Assembly: GCA_018664485.1 (NCBI GenBank)
Contig: JABJOE010000009.1
Coordinates: forward strand, 76,635 to 140,634
Origin: Candidatus Uhrbacteria bacterium
GTDB lineage: Bacteria; Patescibacteriota; Patescibacteriia; UBA9934
Direction of reading: 5' to 3'
DNA: 64,000 nucleotides
The number at the start of each line of letters is the position of its first letter. The first letter of the stretch is position 1. The position numbers were made by a program, and so were the translations under genes. Below the pieces are notes generated by a model, which was not told the origin of the DNA, made no database searches, and saw nothing but the letters and a program-made list of their open reading frames with translations. Below are positions 9,354 to 19,200 of this stretch, piece by piece.

Positions 9354-9926
9354 TCATGATACGAGCCTGGCATGCGTTGGCCGTGTAATCCACAACTCTC
9401 TCGCGTGATCGGCATGTAAATCAACCTGAAGTTTAAAAGTAGGATGAACCCGTACCACAACGTTATCAATGCGTCGTGGACTATTCCCAATTATCTCAAT
9501 CGATACTTCGTCACCATTATTAATATGGAAAGATCTAGCATCTGACGGAGAGCATCGCAAATGCGGACGCATAACAATCACACCTTTTTTTAACTCAACC
9601 TCCCCTGCCGGGCCAACCAACCTACAAGAAGCAGCCTGAGACAAATCGCCAGACAATGCGTCTTTCGCATTAATACCTAAAAATGCAGACTCGGTAGATG
9701 TTATTTCAACAAAGCTGTGCTCCCACGACGGACCGAGCACTCGAAGTTTCATAGATCGCTTCAACTTTCCAAAAACTTCAACACTCTCCTCGTAGAAATG
9801 CTGTCCGCCTTGTGTAAGCGAACCCTCTATGGTCATTGCATAACCATGACCAAACAATGCCAGCTGGTCATCCTGGCTGAGGTATACATGTGACGGAATA
9901 ATATCTACTGGAATTGGGCGAGACAT
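9354..9926 (-). CDS. PduL-family phosphate acyltransferase-like protein
   Basis: SHVYLS..LFG, LTQGGQ, RVLGP, GPAGEVEL..GVIV..H, NVVVRV resemble PduL. Confidence 0.7.
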   Translation of the reverse strand: MSRPIPVDIIPSHVYLSQDDQLALFGHGYAMTIEGSLTQGGQHFYEESVEVFGKLKRSMKLRVLGPSWEHSFVEITSTESAFLGINAKDALSGDLSQAASCRLVGPAGEVELKKGVIVMRPHLRCSPSDARSFHINNGDEVSIEIIGNSPRRIDNVVVRVHPTFKLQVDLHADHARELWITRPTHARLVS

Positions 9927-9937
9927 ATGTAAGTAAG

Positions 9938-10846
9938 CTACCGCTTTTTATCGATCCAGAAAACAAATGCTACGAAAACCAATACTGAGATAGAGATAAT
10001 ACCCGTAACCGTTCCGACAGAATCAGAAAAAGGCAAACCATCTACATTCATTCCATAATAGCTCGCTATCAACGTCGGAGGCATGAAAATCACAGAAATA
10101 ACCGTGAGCCAACGAATAATCTGGTTAGTTCTATGCGAGAGAATTGCTTCATTCACATCGAATAAACTGTCGATGATATTCTTAAGATTTTCCGTTATCA
10201 CCCAAATACTATCCAGTGTATCTTTAACGTCATCGAAATAAACATCCAAATCTTTTGGAATGAACTTCTTTCGCGAGTTTAAAAACTGATGGATGATTAA
10301 ACGTTGCGGGTCAATCACATGCTGAAGATACAACAAGTTTCGCTTCATTAGACCAAGTTTTTCCGTTGTGCCACGGGACTGACTTCCGTACACTCCAGTT
10401 TCAATCTGACGAGTCTCACGAGTAAGCTCTCTTAGTATGATCTTTGAATCTCGGAAAACGTAATCAAGAAGTTTATACAAGAAATAACCTGTTGATTTTC
10501 CAAGAGCTTCACGTCTTAGTCCGGTACTCTTGCTGGCTCGTGCAAAAAATCGGTCCACTATATCAATCGGAGTACGTCCAACCGTAACCACGTAATCTGG
10601 TCCAATAAAAATTGCTAAATCTAGCTTATCTACCAGGTGATGTTCCGCACCATATTGTGGAATAGCTAGAACAGCAAACAAATAATATTTGTATACATCT
10701 AATTTTGGAAGCGCCGTATCGTCTCTCAAGTCGTCAAAATCCAAAGGATGGAATTTGAAATTCTTTTGTAGATAATCAAAATCGCTCTCAACGAGAGATG
10801 AAATATGATGCCAAGTAAACGATTTACCCTTTATTGTCTGTGCCAT
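9938..10846 (-). CDS. corA: CorA family Mg2+ transporter
   Basis: FHPLDFDD, PPTLIASYYGMN, two C-terminal TM helices. Confidence 0.9.
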   Translation of the reverse strand: MAQTIKGKSFTWHHISSLVESDFDYLQKNFKFHPLDFDDLRDDTALPKLDVYKYYLFAVLAIPQYGAEHHLVDKLDLAIFIGPDYVVTVGRTPIDIVDRFFARASKSTGLRREALGKSTGYFLYKLLDYVFRDSKIILRELTRETRQIETGVYGSQSRGTTEKLGLMKRNLLYLQHVIDPQRLIIHQFLNSRKKFIPKDLDVYFDDVKDTLDSIWVITENLKNIIDSLFDVNEAILSHRTNQIIRWLTVISVIFMPPTLIASYYGMNVDGLPFSDSVGTVTGIISISVLVFVAFVFWIDKKR

Positions 10847-10866
10847 ACCCCCTTGTATAGAATAAT

Positions 10867-11559
10867 CTATTTGTCTTTCAAAACTTTCTCTTCCCTTTTT
10901 ACAGCTGATTCAAGAGCTCCTCGATATTTTCTAAATCCCAACAGCATGAAAATAATAAATGTAGTCACGACGACTCCTGCAAGGTTTACTGCAAAAAGCA
11001 ATGCGGCGTCAGCCATAAGCTCCCAGTCCGTTCCACCAATTCCAATTCCGATAGTAACAAGCGGCGGCAACAAGGCGACAGAGATCGCAATACCCGTAAC
11101 AACCTCTTTGACGTTTTCGTAACAAATAGCGAATGCAGCAGCTACTCCTGCGGCAATAGCAATCGGTACCATGAATCCAAAGTTCGTCTGCTGAAGAATC
11201 TCGTGTGATGCCCCAAGTGGTACATAGAAGAAAGTAATGATCATGGCAGTACCAATAGCAATGATAATCGATGACACAATGCTAAATATAGAAAGTCTAA
11301 GCATTCGAGCGTCCAACAGTAAAACTCCCATACTCAGTCCTAATACAGGCCATAATAAAGGCGCTACCAACATAGCTCCGATCACAACCGCTGCACTATC
11401 GTTTAGAAGTCCCAACGCCGCGATAACACTTGAAATGAATATCAAAACAAGAAACGTCTTCCGTGGAGAGCTCTCAACTACCAACTTTTCAATAACATCC
11501 TTGTGATCAACTTGCTGAGCGTCGAATAATCTATTTTTCTTCCGTGGAATCAGAGCCAT
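10867..11559 (-). CDS. DUF389 / TIGR00341 family membrane protein
   Basis: GLLNDSAAVVIGAMLVAPLL and GIAISVALLPPL motifs. Confidence 0.85.
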   Translation of the reverse strand: MALIPRKKNRLFDAQQVDHKDVIEKLVVESSPRKTFLVLIFISSVIAALGLLNDSAAVVIGAMLVAPLLWPVLGLSMGVLLLDARMLRLSIFSIVSSIIIAIGTAMIITFFYVPLGASHEILQQTNFGFMVPIAIAAGVAAAFAICYENVKEVVTGIAISVALLPPLVTIGIGIGGTDWELMADAALLFAVNLAGVVVTTFIIFMLLGFRKYRGALESAVKREEKVLKDK

Positions 11560-12259
11560 AATCAAATGTGTAGTCAAAACTATTGTCTAAAATTGGTCCT
11601 CTGAAAATCAGATGCAATTCTGCTTTTATAAACTTCAATGCAATTGAGAACCGTCCGTCTTTATCGAACCTGCGAACCGATGTTGGAATCTTAACCGAAT
11701 TAAGAAAACCAAATTGTCCTTGTTTTGCTGCGCGACCGACATATTCATGGTCCTCACAAAATACAATTCGCTCATCAAAGCCACCGATCTTTGCGTGCAA
11801 TGCTCGACGGATTATAATGAAAAATCCTGGCGCATGTGCGCGGCGCGACCCCCAAGCACGAACGTATCTATTATACACCCAAAACGAAAACCGGTCATAC
11901 CGTCGTATACTCTTTGGGATAACATCTGCCGTCGCAACATCAAACGGCCTCGTTGCAAACTCATTCAATGCACGTGATAGAAAATTTTCGTCTGGCAAAA
12001 CAACGTCAGCATCTAAAAATAAAATGATATCTCCGGTCGCAACTTTAGCGCCTGCATTACGACCATATGACGGAAGTCCGCCGTCAACAACACGTGCTCC
12101 GAAAGACTCAGCTATCTTCTTTGTGTCATCAGTCGACTTGGCGTCGGCTACTATAACCTCAGCGTCTACAGTCTGCTTTTTGATGGAACTTAATAAATCC
12201 GAAAGGAGTTTCTCCTCATTTAATGCCGGGATAACGATGGATAAACTATGTGAGCGCAT
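11531..12259 (-). CDS. Glycosyltransferase family 2
   Basis: SIVIPALNEE, GRNAGA, FLDAD, ED. Confidence 0.9.
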   Translation of the reverse strand: MRSHSLSIVIPALNEEKLLSDLLSSIKKQTVDAEVIVADAKSTDDTKKIAESFGARVVDGGLPSYGRNAGAKVATGDIILFLDADVVLPDENFLSRALNEFATRPFDVATADVIPKSIRRYDRFSFWVYNRYVRAWGSRRAHAPGFFIIIRRALHAKIGGFDERIVFCEDHEYVGRAAKQGQFGFLNSVKIPTSVRRFDKDGRFSIALKFIKAELHLIFRGPILDNSFDYTFDYGSDSTEEK

Positions 12260-12677
12260 ACATCGCAACGCCTGAAGCAACTGACACATTTAACGACCGC
12301 TTCTTCCCCATTGGAATCTCTACAATTCCATCGAGCAACTCGAGAGTATCTTTATCAATTCCATCAACCTCACTCCCCAATACGAGCGCTATTTGTTTTT
12401 CTGTATCTACGTCTTTTATTGCGATTGCGTCAGCGCCAGTCTCGAGGCCATACACAATATAATCACGCCGGCGAACCCACTCTATTACTTGTGATATCTC
12501 ACCCTGCTCCCAATCAACTAAATCCTGGGCACCCAAGGCAACCTTGGCTATCTCTTTACGAGGAGGAGTTGCGGTAATTCCAGTCAAATAAAGTTTCTCA
12601 ACACCAAAAGCTGCCGCATTTCGGAAAATTGCACCTACATTGTGCAAGCTCCTTATATTGTGAGCGATTATAATCAT
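12246..12677 (-). CDS. SpoU/TrmH family RNA methyltransferase
   Basis: NIRSLHNVGAIFR, LGSEVDG, IPM..SLNVSVA. Confidence 0.9.
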   Translation of the reverse strand: MIIIAHNIRSLHNVGAIFRNAAAFGVEKLYLTGITATPPRKEIAKVALGAQDLVDWEQGEISQVIEWVRRRDYIVYGLETGADAIAIKDVDTEKQIALVLGSEVDGIDKDTLELLDGIVEIPMGKKRSLNVSVASGVAMYALT

Positions 12678-12796
12678 TGCGAGCAGTATACAATAAATTT
12701 GATATTCCCTTGACTCTACGGACTTATAACGAGTTATATCTTGCTTTTTTGCTAATATTTGCTACGATCTTTGCGAACATCAGCCCGGATTATTGA

Positions 12797-13117
12797 ATGA
12801 GCCACGTGCTACCTGTTATTAGCAGTATTATTTTCACCGATCTTTTAGACTCGTTTCAGCCTGCTAGATTCACCGGCCAAGGCCCCGCCTACGACGTGAC
12901 ATCAGACACACCCCTTAAAAGTGGGCCAATCGGACTCTATCGTCCAAAGGAAAAGGGTGCTGCCCCCTACAGGGTCACGTTCCGACATGGACAAGGAGAC
13001 GATTTCATTGTCATCCAGGACCTATCCATGAACATCCGAGTCCCCAAAGGTCTCACAACCTTCGGCGCGCTTATCACCGCGTTGAACGAGACCATTAAAG
13101 CTGAAGAGACTAAATAG
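12797..13117 (+). CDS. Orphan hypothetical protein
   Basis: 106 aa ATG ORF followed by GC-rich hairpin at ~13148-13170. Confidence 0.55.
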   Translation: MSHVLPVISSIIFTDLLDSFQPARFTGQGPAYDVTSDTPLKSGPIGLYRPKEKGAAPYRVTFRHGQGDDFIVIQDLSMNIRVPKGLTTFGALITALNETIKAEETK

Positions 13118-13191
13118 TCAAGCGGCAGCAACAACTCTAGCCCTCTCCGCCGGCCCCTTGTGGTCGGCGCCCGTGCTTAAACAATATTTTT

Positions 13192-14370
13192 ATGGCTACA
13201 ACATCCAAATGTCCAAAACATGAAGTCTGCGGATCATGCAAATGGTCTCATATTCCATACAAAAAGCAGCTGAAGCAAAAGTTGTCAGATATCAACGGGT
13301 CTCTTGCTATCAAGAAGCTTGATTTAAAGTGTACGGAAATTCTTCCATCACCTGTCACAGACCATTACCGGAACCGAATGGATTTTGTGATCAACTTTGA
13401 AGGATTGGTTGGAATGCGAGAGAAAGGAAAATGGTGGCGCGTAATTGATAATCACACCTGCTTTTTATCAGACGAAAAAATCGAAAACTTATTTTCAAAA
13501 ATACACGCATGGTCCAAGTCTGCCGGCCTATCATATTTTGATCGTAAATCTCACGTTGGACTTCTACGCTACGCTGTAGTTCGCTCAACAAGTACCGGTG
13601 AGACTCTCATCAACATCATTACAAGCGATCCGTCGGTAAGTGAAGTTCCGGAAGATGATAAATCTACTCACAAGCCATGTGTCGAATCTGAGGAAGACAT
13701 TCGTGCGGTGCTTGAGAACCTGCAAGAATTAGCAGGGCCGACTACATTGATCTGGACTACAAACGCAACTATCTCTGACGTATCATTTGGAGAGAAAGAA
13801 ACTGTAATCACAGGGCCAGGTTATTTGACTGAGAACATTAACGGAGTTTCATACCGTATAAGTCCGCAGTCATTTTTCCAAACTAATCTATACGCGGCAC
13901 CCCTTCTGCAAGAAACCGTCGTTGGACTAATCGATGAGGATGCAAAAACTGTTTTGGACCTTTACTGTGGATCTGGATTCTTCAGCCTTCCGATTGCGCA
14001 GAAAGTAGATCATGTCACAGGTGTGGAGTTAAACGAGTTCGCCATTGCTGACGCCAAGATTAACGCTGAGCAAAATAAAATTACAAACGTTGAGTTCTTC
14101 TCTGCGAAAACTGAATCGCTAAAACTTACTGATTACAAGGCTGACACAATAGTTGTGGACCCTCCCCGCTCTGGAATGCACGACGATGCCCTTGCGTCCC
14201 TCATGGAGACCGGTGCCAAGCAAATCATATATATTTCATGTAGTTACAAAAATCTCGCGCGTGAACTCGTTACACTAACCGAGAAATACGAAGTGGCCGA
14301 CATGCTCGCAATCGACATGTTCCCCCACACGCCTCACGTAGAGGTAGTGTGTAATCTAAGGTTAAAGTAG
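13192..14370 (+). CDS. rlmD: 23S rRNA (uracil-C5) methyltransferase, RlmD/TrmA family
   Basis: CPKHEVCGSC, SFFQTN, LDLYCGSG, VDPPRSG, YISCS, DMFPHTPHVE. Confidence 0.9.
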   Translation: MATTSKCPKHEVCGSCKWSHIPYKKQLKQKLSDINGSLAIKKLDLKCTEILPSPVTDHYRNRMDFVINFEGLVGMREKGKWWRVIDNHTCFLSDEKIENLFSKIHAWSKSAGLSYFDRKSHVGLLRYAVVRSTSTGETLINIITSDPSVSEVPEDDKSTHKPCVESEEDIRAVLENLQELAGPTTLIWTTNATISDVSFGEKETVITGPGYLTENINGVSYRISPQSFFQTNLYAAPLLQETVVGLIDEDAKTVLDLYCGSGFFSLPIAQKVDHVTGVELNEFAIADAKINAEQNKITNVEFFSAKTESLKLTDYKADTIVVDPPRSGMHDDALASLMETGAKQIIYISCSYKNLARELVTLTEKYEVADMLAIDMFPHTPHVEVVCNLRLK

Positions 14371-14379
14371 TGCAGCTCT

Positions 14380-14430
14380 TGAGGTTATAGGTTTCAAGTA
14401 TTAGGTTTTAGCGCCGATACCTAAAACTCC
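14380..14430. repeat. Degenerate heptamer (NTAGGTN) array
   Basis: TGAGGTT ATAGGTT TCAAGTA TTAGGTT, then inverted TACCTAAAAC. Confidence 0.5.
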
Positions 14431-14446
14431 GAGACTGATATAAACA

Positions 14447-14477
14447 GAAGAACCGTCCTTTCGGGCGGTTTTCTTAT
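14447..14477. terminator. Bidirectional terminator between convergent genes
   Basis: GAACCGTCC-TTTC-GGGCGGTTTT. Confidence 0.7.
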
Positions 14478-14496
14478 TCTGAAAGTTCACCTTTTA

Positions 14497-14892
14497 CTAC
14501 CGCTCAAACAAAGACCATCGTGGTTTCATCAAGAAGTATAAAATCGCTGGCCCCACGAATCCAAGTAGTGAGCGAACGATATCGATTCCAATTACCAAAT
14601 TTATAACAAACGCTATAGCGGCTACAAAAACAATTGCATAAAACCCTGACACCTTGAAGCGTATCAACAATATTGCTGACACAATATTTACAACTCCCAA
14701 CAACCCAAGCATCACCAGCGCCCAAGACGGCGTAATCTCTGTAGCACCTTGAAGCGGACTTAACTGTGGTGAAATCACTGCTCCTAAATGCGCGATAGCT
14801 ACGATCACGTTTGAAATAAGCACAAGCCACAACCAAACCAATAACCACAATCCATGCTTCTTTACTCTTGCGCTCGGCTTTGAAGATTCCAT
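14497..14892 (-). CDS. Small 4-TM membrane protein
   Basis: Four hydrophobic segments in 131 aa. Confidence 0.7.
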   Translation of the reverse strand: MESSKPSARVKKHGLWLLVWLWLVLISNVIVAIAHLGAVISPQLSPLQGATEITPSWALVMLGLLGVVNIVSAILLIRFKVSGFYAIVFVAAIAFVINLVIGIDIVRSLLGFVGPAILYFLMKPRWSLFER

Positions 14893-14909
14893 AATAAAAA
14901 ACTGTAAAA

Positions 14910-15377
14910 TTAACTATTAGCTTTTAGTCGTTTAGCAACGTCCTCATCGAGCAGGCCTTTTTGTGAAGCACTATGCACCCACTGCGCGAATGTAGTTTTT
15001 GCAATCGGTAAAATATCCTGCAGGTCATCTAGTAAATCCTGATCTTTGCGAGATAAAATATCAGGGTGATCAATCAGTGACCGCCAATCAAGTCCCAGCA
15101 TTGCACGGGCCTCACGAACAAGTTCTGGCTTGCGTGTAAACTTCGCGAGAGCTCCCAGTACTTCTATTTCAAATCTGGCATCCGGGTAATGTTCAAACTC
15201 ATCTAATAACAACTGTCTCTCATGAGGATCCGACGGCAAGGAATTTAACACCGCGGCAATAGGCTCCCCGTCCAAAGACACAGCATCCTTGAAACGGATC
15301 TGGAAGTTCATGATCAAATTGTCGACTGGTGTAGTTCCCACAGTAACGTTTAAATATTTTATTGCGACGTTAATCAC
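14910..15377 (-). CDS. Hypothetical protein (start uncertain, possibly 15311)
   Basis: ORF with globular helical composition. Confidence 0.5.
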   Translation of the reverse strand: MINVAIKYLNVTVGTTPVDNLIMNFQIRFKDAVSLDGEPIAAVLNSLPSDPHERQLLLDEFEHYPDARFEIEVLGALAKFTRKPELVREARAMLGLDWRSLIDHPDILSRKDQDLLDDLQDILPIAKTTFAQWVHSASQKGLLDEDVAKRLKANS

Positions 15378-15583
15378 ACTTACAACTTAAGTATAACTCA
15401 ATTCTCATAGTTACTGGGCTATACGTATGTGGATTAAATAAACCGTGTTGCGCTACATCTCACTATTACTGTCTATATAGTCATATCTTATATTCGGCTA
15501 ACACTCGGTAAATACCCTTGATTGAAACGCAAAAAGATGTTAGTCTTGGGCATAAGATAATATTTTCTTCCATCATTTTTATT

Positions 15584-16438
15584 ATGAAATCAGGATTTGC
15601 TGTCCTTATCGGGCGTTCAAACGTCGGTAAGTCGACTCTCATAAACAACCTAGTCGGTACAAAGGTAGCTATTACCACACCGAAACCGCAAACCACGCGA
15701 CGACCGTTGCAGGGTGTTTTGACACGTGATGATAGTCAGGTTGTTTTCGTTGACACGCCTGGGGTGATGCAGAAAAGCAAAGACCAGCTTACAAGCAAAC
15801 TTTTGCAGTTCATCAAAGATTCGCTCAAGGACATCGACATGATTCTGTATGTTGCCGACCCAACGCGCGAAATCGGTAATGAGGAAAAGCAAACGCTAAA
15901 GATGATCGAGCCGCTTACACAGCCTAAGCTCTTGATAATCAACAAGATCGATGATTCCCGATCTAAAATGTACATCGACGTTTACCGTGATTTGGGTGAA
16001 GAGCAGTTTGATAAAGTTATCGAAGTTTCAGCACTTAAAGGTTTGAACACAAATTATTTAAAAGATTGGATCTTTGAACAATTGCCTGAGGGTGAGTTCT
16101 ATTACCCTGAACACGCAGTTTCAAATATTACAAAAGAAGAACAGCTTGCAGAGATCGTTCGTGAAAAACTTTTCCTCCGATTACGTCAAGAAGTTCCCTA
16201 TTCAACACATGTTGAAGTGGATGAGATTAGCAATCGAAAAGATGGTACACTCTATATAAAGGCACGAGTGCTCACAACTGAGGAGCGCTATAAGGGAATG
16301 ATTATTGGCCTAGGTGGTCGTGGTATTAAAGAGATCGGTCAATCAACCCGAAAAGAACTCGAAGCCATGACTGATAAAAAAGTTTATATCGACCTGAGTG
16401 TTAAGGTAGATCCACGATGGATCGAACGACTGGTGTAA
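15584..16438 (+). CDS. era: GTPase Era
   Basis: GRSNVGKSTL, KPQTTR, DTPG, NKID, KH domain IIGLGG..IKEIG. Confidence 0.97.
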   Translation: MKSGFAVLIGRSNVGKSTLINNLVGTKVAITTPKPQTTRRPLQGVLTRDDSQVVFVDTPGVMQKSKDQLTSKLLQFIKDSLKDIDMILYVADPTREIGNEEKQTLKMIEPLTQPKLLIINKIDDSRSKMYIDVYRDLGEEQFDKVIEVSALKGLNTNYLKDWIFEQLPEGEFYYPEHAVSNITKEEQLAEIVREKLFLRLRQEVPYSTHVEVDEISNRKDGTLYIKARVLTTEERYKGMIIGLGGRGIKEIGQSTRKELEAMTDKKVYIDLSVKVDPRWIERLV

Positions 16439-16488
16439 GAACTCCTTCACCCTTCATTACCGATAAAAAGGTATTTTAATATCAATAT

Positions 16489-17709
16489 ATGAGACGAAGA
16501 GAATTTGGCAGTCCACCTCCAGAAGCCAAGGAACGAATTCGACCAGCTGTTTTAGCTGCACTAGTTTTTGGAGCGCTAAGCCTATCATCTGGAGAAGCAC
16601 GTGCCGACGCACCTTCTTTGGAAACTGGAAAAGATACCATCGAGGATATTGAAGGGGCTGCCGGAAATACTGACACACTTTTAAAAACTACAATCGACCA
16701 ATCAGCGCAAGAAGGTGAACGAATGGTTGAAGACGTTGAAAGCTCAGTACTTTCGACAGAAACTCTGATCGAAAAAACAATCGACCGCACAACCGCTGAG
16801 GGAGAAGCTGCTGCAGAAAAAGCTATTGATGAAGTTCTAGGTACTGCACTAGATTGTATTGGCGATGATTCTGCTGTTAGTGGAGTGAAAAAAATCCTCA
16901 TCACAGCCCAATCGCTCAACACACCTGATGGCCTTATGGGTGCTGCAAAAATCGCACAACAATGTGCCGACTTAAATGTAGAACTTGAACTCATAAAGAA
17001 GCACCCAAAGTGGAATCAAACCCTTCAGAATACAGCTAGCATTGGGTACCAGATTGTAATTGGTAACCCGATGGGGGCTGCCGATTCAGCAATTGGCAAC
17101 TTAAAAGAAAGAGGAACTAAACTCAGAGCCCTAAAGCTCTCTCCTGAAGCAGGTAATGCGTTAAACAGCATCGATGAGAAAGGTGAACAAATAAGTAGCG
17201 AAGTAGATAACGTTAACGAGACTGATTCAGAAACATTTGGCAAAGACCCTCAATGGGCAAAGTCTCTTTCCTTTGGGATCTCTAAAGATCTTGATACTTC
17301 AAGTATTGGAAGCGTTAAAGATGATCTTGCTAAAACTGGAATAAGTGCTAAAGACCTTCTCAACGCTCAAGCATATTCAGTCGGATTCTCACTAGAAAGA
17401 GATTTAGTAGACAACGGCCTGCAACTTGAGTTCAATGGCTCGCTAGTAGGTTCTCGGCAAGGGAAGGAATTTAATGGTCTTGCTGGATATCTCCAAGGAG
17501 GTATCGACCCAGGTGGAACAGTGCTGGGCCGCGACATAAGTACAGGTGGGCTTATTGGATACGGAACAGAAGGACTTGAAGCTGGAGGTTATTTACAATT
17601 CGACTCTGGAAGCTCTGCTGTGAAAGCCATCACAACGATCGACGATGATGGGAAGATTGGAGCGAGAGTAAGCTACCAAGTACAATTCGGACTAGAGAAA
17701 AAAACATAG
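16489..17709 (+). CDS. Exported hypothetical protein: helical N-half, Gly/aromatic beta-rich C-half
   Basis: Signal-like AVLAALVFGALSL..ARA; 406 aa ORF. Confidence 0.65.
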   Translation: MRRREFGSPPPEAKERIRPAVLAALVFGALSLSSGEARADAPSLETGKDTIEDIEGAAGNTDTLLKTTIDQSAQEGERMVEDVESSVLSTETLIEKTIDRTTAEGEAAAEKAIDEVLGTALDCIGDDSAVSGVKKILITAQSLNTPDGLMGAAKIAQQCADLNVELELIKKHPKWNQTLQNTASIGYQIVIGNPMGAADSAIGNLKERGTKLRALKLSPEAGNALNSIDEKGEQISSEVDNVNETDSETFGKDPQWAKSLSFGISKDLDTSSIGSVKDDLAKTGISAKDLLNAQAYSVGFSLERDLVDNGLQLEFNGSLVGSRQGKEFNGLAGYLQGGIDPGGTVLGRDISTGGLIGYGTEGLEAGGYLQFDSGSSAVKAITTIDDDGKIGARVSYQVQFGLEKKT

Positions 17710-17761
17710 CCTTTGCGGGTTATGTTTTTACTTATACAGACGTACCTAAAAAGAAACAACC

Positions 17762-17792
17762 AAAAAACGCGGCTGTAATAGCCGCGCTTTTT
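17762..17792. terminator. Bidirectional terminator
   Basis: AAAAAA-CGCGGCT-GTAAT-AGCCGCG-CTTTTT. Confidence 0.75.
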
Positions 17793-17802
17793 GAAATTTA
17801 TT

Positions 17803-18063
17803 TTACTTCCCTTCTGCCCAGGCTTTGAGTGAATCGTAATCTGTTGATCCGCAAATATGCTTACCTGAATCTGTATTGATGAAAAACGGGACTCCGCCAC
17901 ACAAACCCTTATCATACTCTTTTTGCTTTTGGGCGTTCTCGTCATTATTCCAAACTTCATTCTGCTCAACTTTCACTCCAAGCTCCTCTTCGAGCTTTGC
18001 AATAAGCGGCTTCATTTCAACACAATGTGGACAGGTTTCTCCGAAGAATTCTAGTAAGGCCAT
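17803..18063 (-). CDS. Small thioredoxin/glutaredoxin-like protein
   Basis: CPHC motif, GVPFF cis-Pro motif. Confidence 0.85.
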   Translation of the reverse strand: MALLEFFGETCPHCVEMKPLIAKLEEELGVKVEQNEVWNNDENAQKQKEYDKGLCGGVPFFINTDSGKHICGSTDYDSLKAWAEGK

Positions 18064-18124
18064 AAATGTCACTTAGTTATTAAGTCATTGAGTCATTAAG
18101 TCCTTGAGAGTATACTCAATATAC

Positions 18125-18592
18125 ATGAAGAATTTTAGCACATATATCATAGTTGGCATTGCCATTCTATCCACCGTTCTGCTGACCGGTCGTCTTTTTG
18201 ATACTACCTGGGCTGGAGGCGACGGATATAGCACTCAGGGCACTGCAGTCGCAGATGAAGCCGTCTATCAACGTGGAGAAACAATAGCTACTCTAGATGG
18301 CGAATGGCTGGAAGTGCAAATCGGCGACACGACAGTCTGGATGTACGAGAATACTGAATTGAAGCTCATCAACCTATCTGAGGATGGTCTCGAACTGACG
18401 GTAATTCAGGGACGAATCGTGCTATATGGTCACGCCGACATGCGAATACGCGATGAGGTCGAAACTTTGGATGGATTATATTCCTACGTTAACTATAGCT
18501 GGCTTTTAAAAACAGATGTCCAATACATAAATGACGATTTTAACTACTCCGAGTCTGAAGCTGCAGACTTCTACGATTGGGCTTTGTTTTAG
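18125..18592 (+). CDS. Membrane-anchored hypothetical protein (weak FecR-like strands)
   Basis: N-terminal TM helix; ENTELKL..LTVIQGRI. Confidence 0.55.
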   Translation: MKNFSTYIIVGIAILSTVLLTGRLFDTTWAGGDGYSTQGTAVADEAVYQRGETIATLDGEWLEVQIGDTTVWMYENTELKLINLSEDGLELTVIQGRIVLYGHADMRIRDEVETLDGLYSYVNYSWLLKTDVQYINDDFNYSESEAADFYDWALF

Positions 18593-18624
18593 CTAAAATT
18601 AGCGACTTTTTTGCTCAAAGGTAC

Positions 18625-18653
18625 TTGACAAAAGTGCTTTTTTATGTCATTAT
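18625..18653 (+). promoter_or_regulatory. Sigma70-type promoter of orphan gene
   Basis: TACTTGACAAAAGTGC..TTTTATG, near-identical to the array promoter at 6367-6398, ending in CATTAT. Confidence 0.6.
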
Positions 18654-18729
18654 GGGCACGACGAAAGTCACTTCACCCAAAAACAACGGCTCAAAGCCAA
18701 AACGCGGCAACCCCGCAATCGAGAGACTA

Positions 18730-19122
18730 TTGAAACTGAAGACACTGGTCGCAATGGCCACCATCATGTTCGCAACCTTCGCCACCAAGACCGCCGAGGC
18801 ATGCGGAGGTGAAAACTTGCATATGTACTTCGGCTACGACTGGTTCGTCTACAGGTTGCCGAAGGATCACCCAAAGGGTGCTACGGTTGTAAGAGCGATC
18901 CCCAAATCGAAACTCACCGTTGTCATTGACGACGAGGGCGATAGCACGGTCGTCACTCTCCATGAGGGTGATAAAACCCTGATGACCGGAAAGATCTTCG
19001 CATGCTTCCGCTGTATGAGTTCCCCGACCTACATCAAATGGGAAGACCCTGAGACAAGAAAAGAACGAAAAGTGAACGACAAGGGTACCGCAGCGGCCCG
19101 ACTCGCATGCGTGAGCGAATAG
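18730..19122 (+). CDS. Orphan secreted protein (TTG start inferred)
   Basis: Signal peptide LKLKTLVAMATIMFATFATKTAEA; terminator ATCACCC..GGGTGAT-TTGCTTTT at ~19142-19182. Confidence 0.6.
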   Translation: MKLKTLVAMATIMFATFATKTAEACGGENLHMYFGYDWFVYRLPKDHPKGATVVRAIPKSKLTVVIDDEGDSTVVTLHEGDKTLMTGKIFACFRCMSSPTYIKWEDPETRKERKVNDKGTAAARLACVSE

Positions 19123-19200
19123 CGCTCTCACCCCGCATGACATCACCCCCTCCTGGTTCTCCGGGAGAGGGTGATTTGCTTTTGCGGTACCCTTCACCAA

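Noticed and set aside
11583-12275. 230-aa plus-strand ORF
   Set aside because: Antisense shadow of the GT2 gene with no motif. The same applies to other antisense ORFs over nrdJ, gpmI, nth and uvrA.
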